Shown here: positions 63,451-64,000 of the stretch, piece by piece | How positions within the stretch are numbered: position 1 is the stretch's first letter | Layout: every line of letters begins with the position of its first letter | From: Negaprion brevirostris | Taxonomy: Eukaryota | Assembly: GCA_030324005.1 (NCBI GenBank) | Contig: JARDVH010000059.1 | Span: forward strand, 96,158,482-96,222,481 | Direction: 5' to 3' | DNA: 64,000 bases | Translations under genes and position numbers: made by a program | The notes under the pieces: generated by a model | The model's database searches: none | What the model was told of the DNA's origin: nothing | Seen by the model: the letters and a program-made list of their open reading frames with translations, nothing else

Positions 63451-64000
63451 GTGTTTTTTTTGTCTGCCTGCCTTTCTTGCCAGTTTTCATTATAGATTCC
63501 CATGTTCATACTTTGAATGAAAATTGCTTATTAGTTTCTGCTGTAATTAGACTCCTGAGAGTGGAGGTATTGCAGCACCACTACTGACAGGAGGTTGTAA
63601 TTCCAGCACGAACAATTTGCATAAGCAGTTTCTATTATAAATATGGGCAAAAGAATTTAAACAGGAAACATGGAATTTTATTTCAAACTGAGAACTGAAT
63701 TAAAGCTGCATGTCCAGGTCAATTATCCCTTGGTTTCTAATGTGTCTCATCTGAAAACTACTCTTGAGCTTGGCTTCCCTACGTGCACAGGAATTTGACT
63801 AGATAAAAATCTTGTGTTGGTATACAAATCCTTTCATTAATATCAAGATATTTGTCACAATGTAGTTGGTGACGCTTTCCACTATGTGGATCTGTTGATG
63901 ATGACTCCCAACCTCACTTCATTCCTGTATGTTAAAAACTTCATCAGACTGCTGGCATCATCAGTTGCAATTTATTATTTGGGGGAATTGGCAGGGCATG

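Noticed and set aside
1-64000. CRISPR arrays, operons, prophage or other prokaryotic-type systems
   Set aside because: The window is vertebrate intron/intergenic DNA. No regularly spaced repeat-spacer array or dense coding region is present.

Overview
Eukaryotic, repeat-rich draft genomic DNA with many N gaps. HE1-type tRNA-derived SINEs, CR1/HER1-like LINEs, SacSINE1/DeuSINE-like copies and Penelope fragments point to an elasmobranch (shark). One real gene is present, on the + strand: the 5' half of RNF19A (Dorfin, an RBR E3 ubiquitin ligase). It has a CpG-island promoter and probable non-coding first exon at about 19.9-20.75 kb, a ~31 kb first intron, and three coding exons (CDS 51595-52181, 60294-60502, 62366-62510) encoding RING1, IBR and most of RING2. 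The gene continues beyond the window. Nearly all other ORFs in the track are transposon debris or chance. I see no new multi-gene system. The most notable observations are: (1) a stop-free, in-frame 114-nt extension of exon 3 ending in a second splice donor, which would add 38 aa to the IBR-RING2 linker; (2) an in-frame uORF and TAG that cut off a mammal-like N-terminal extension; (3) a NAGNAG acceptor at exon 4; (4) a perfect 23-bp hairpin and a ~150-bp-arm inverted repeat in intron 1; (5) a microhomology-bounded templated insertion inside a SINE; and (6) a miniature Gypsy provirus with a nested solo LTR. Repeat boundaries were read by eye and are approximate.
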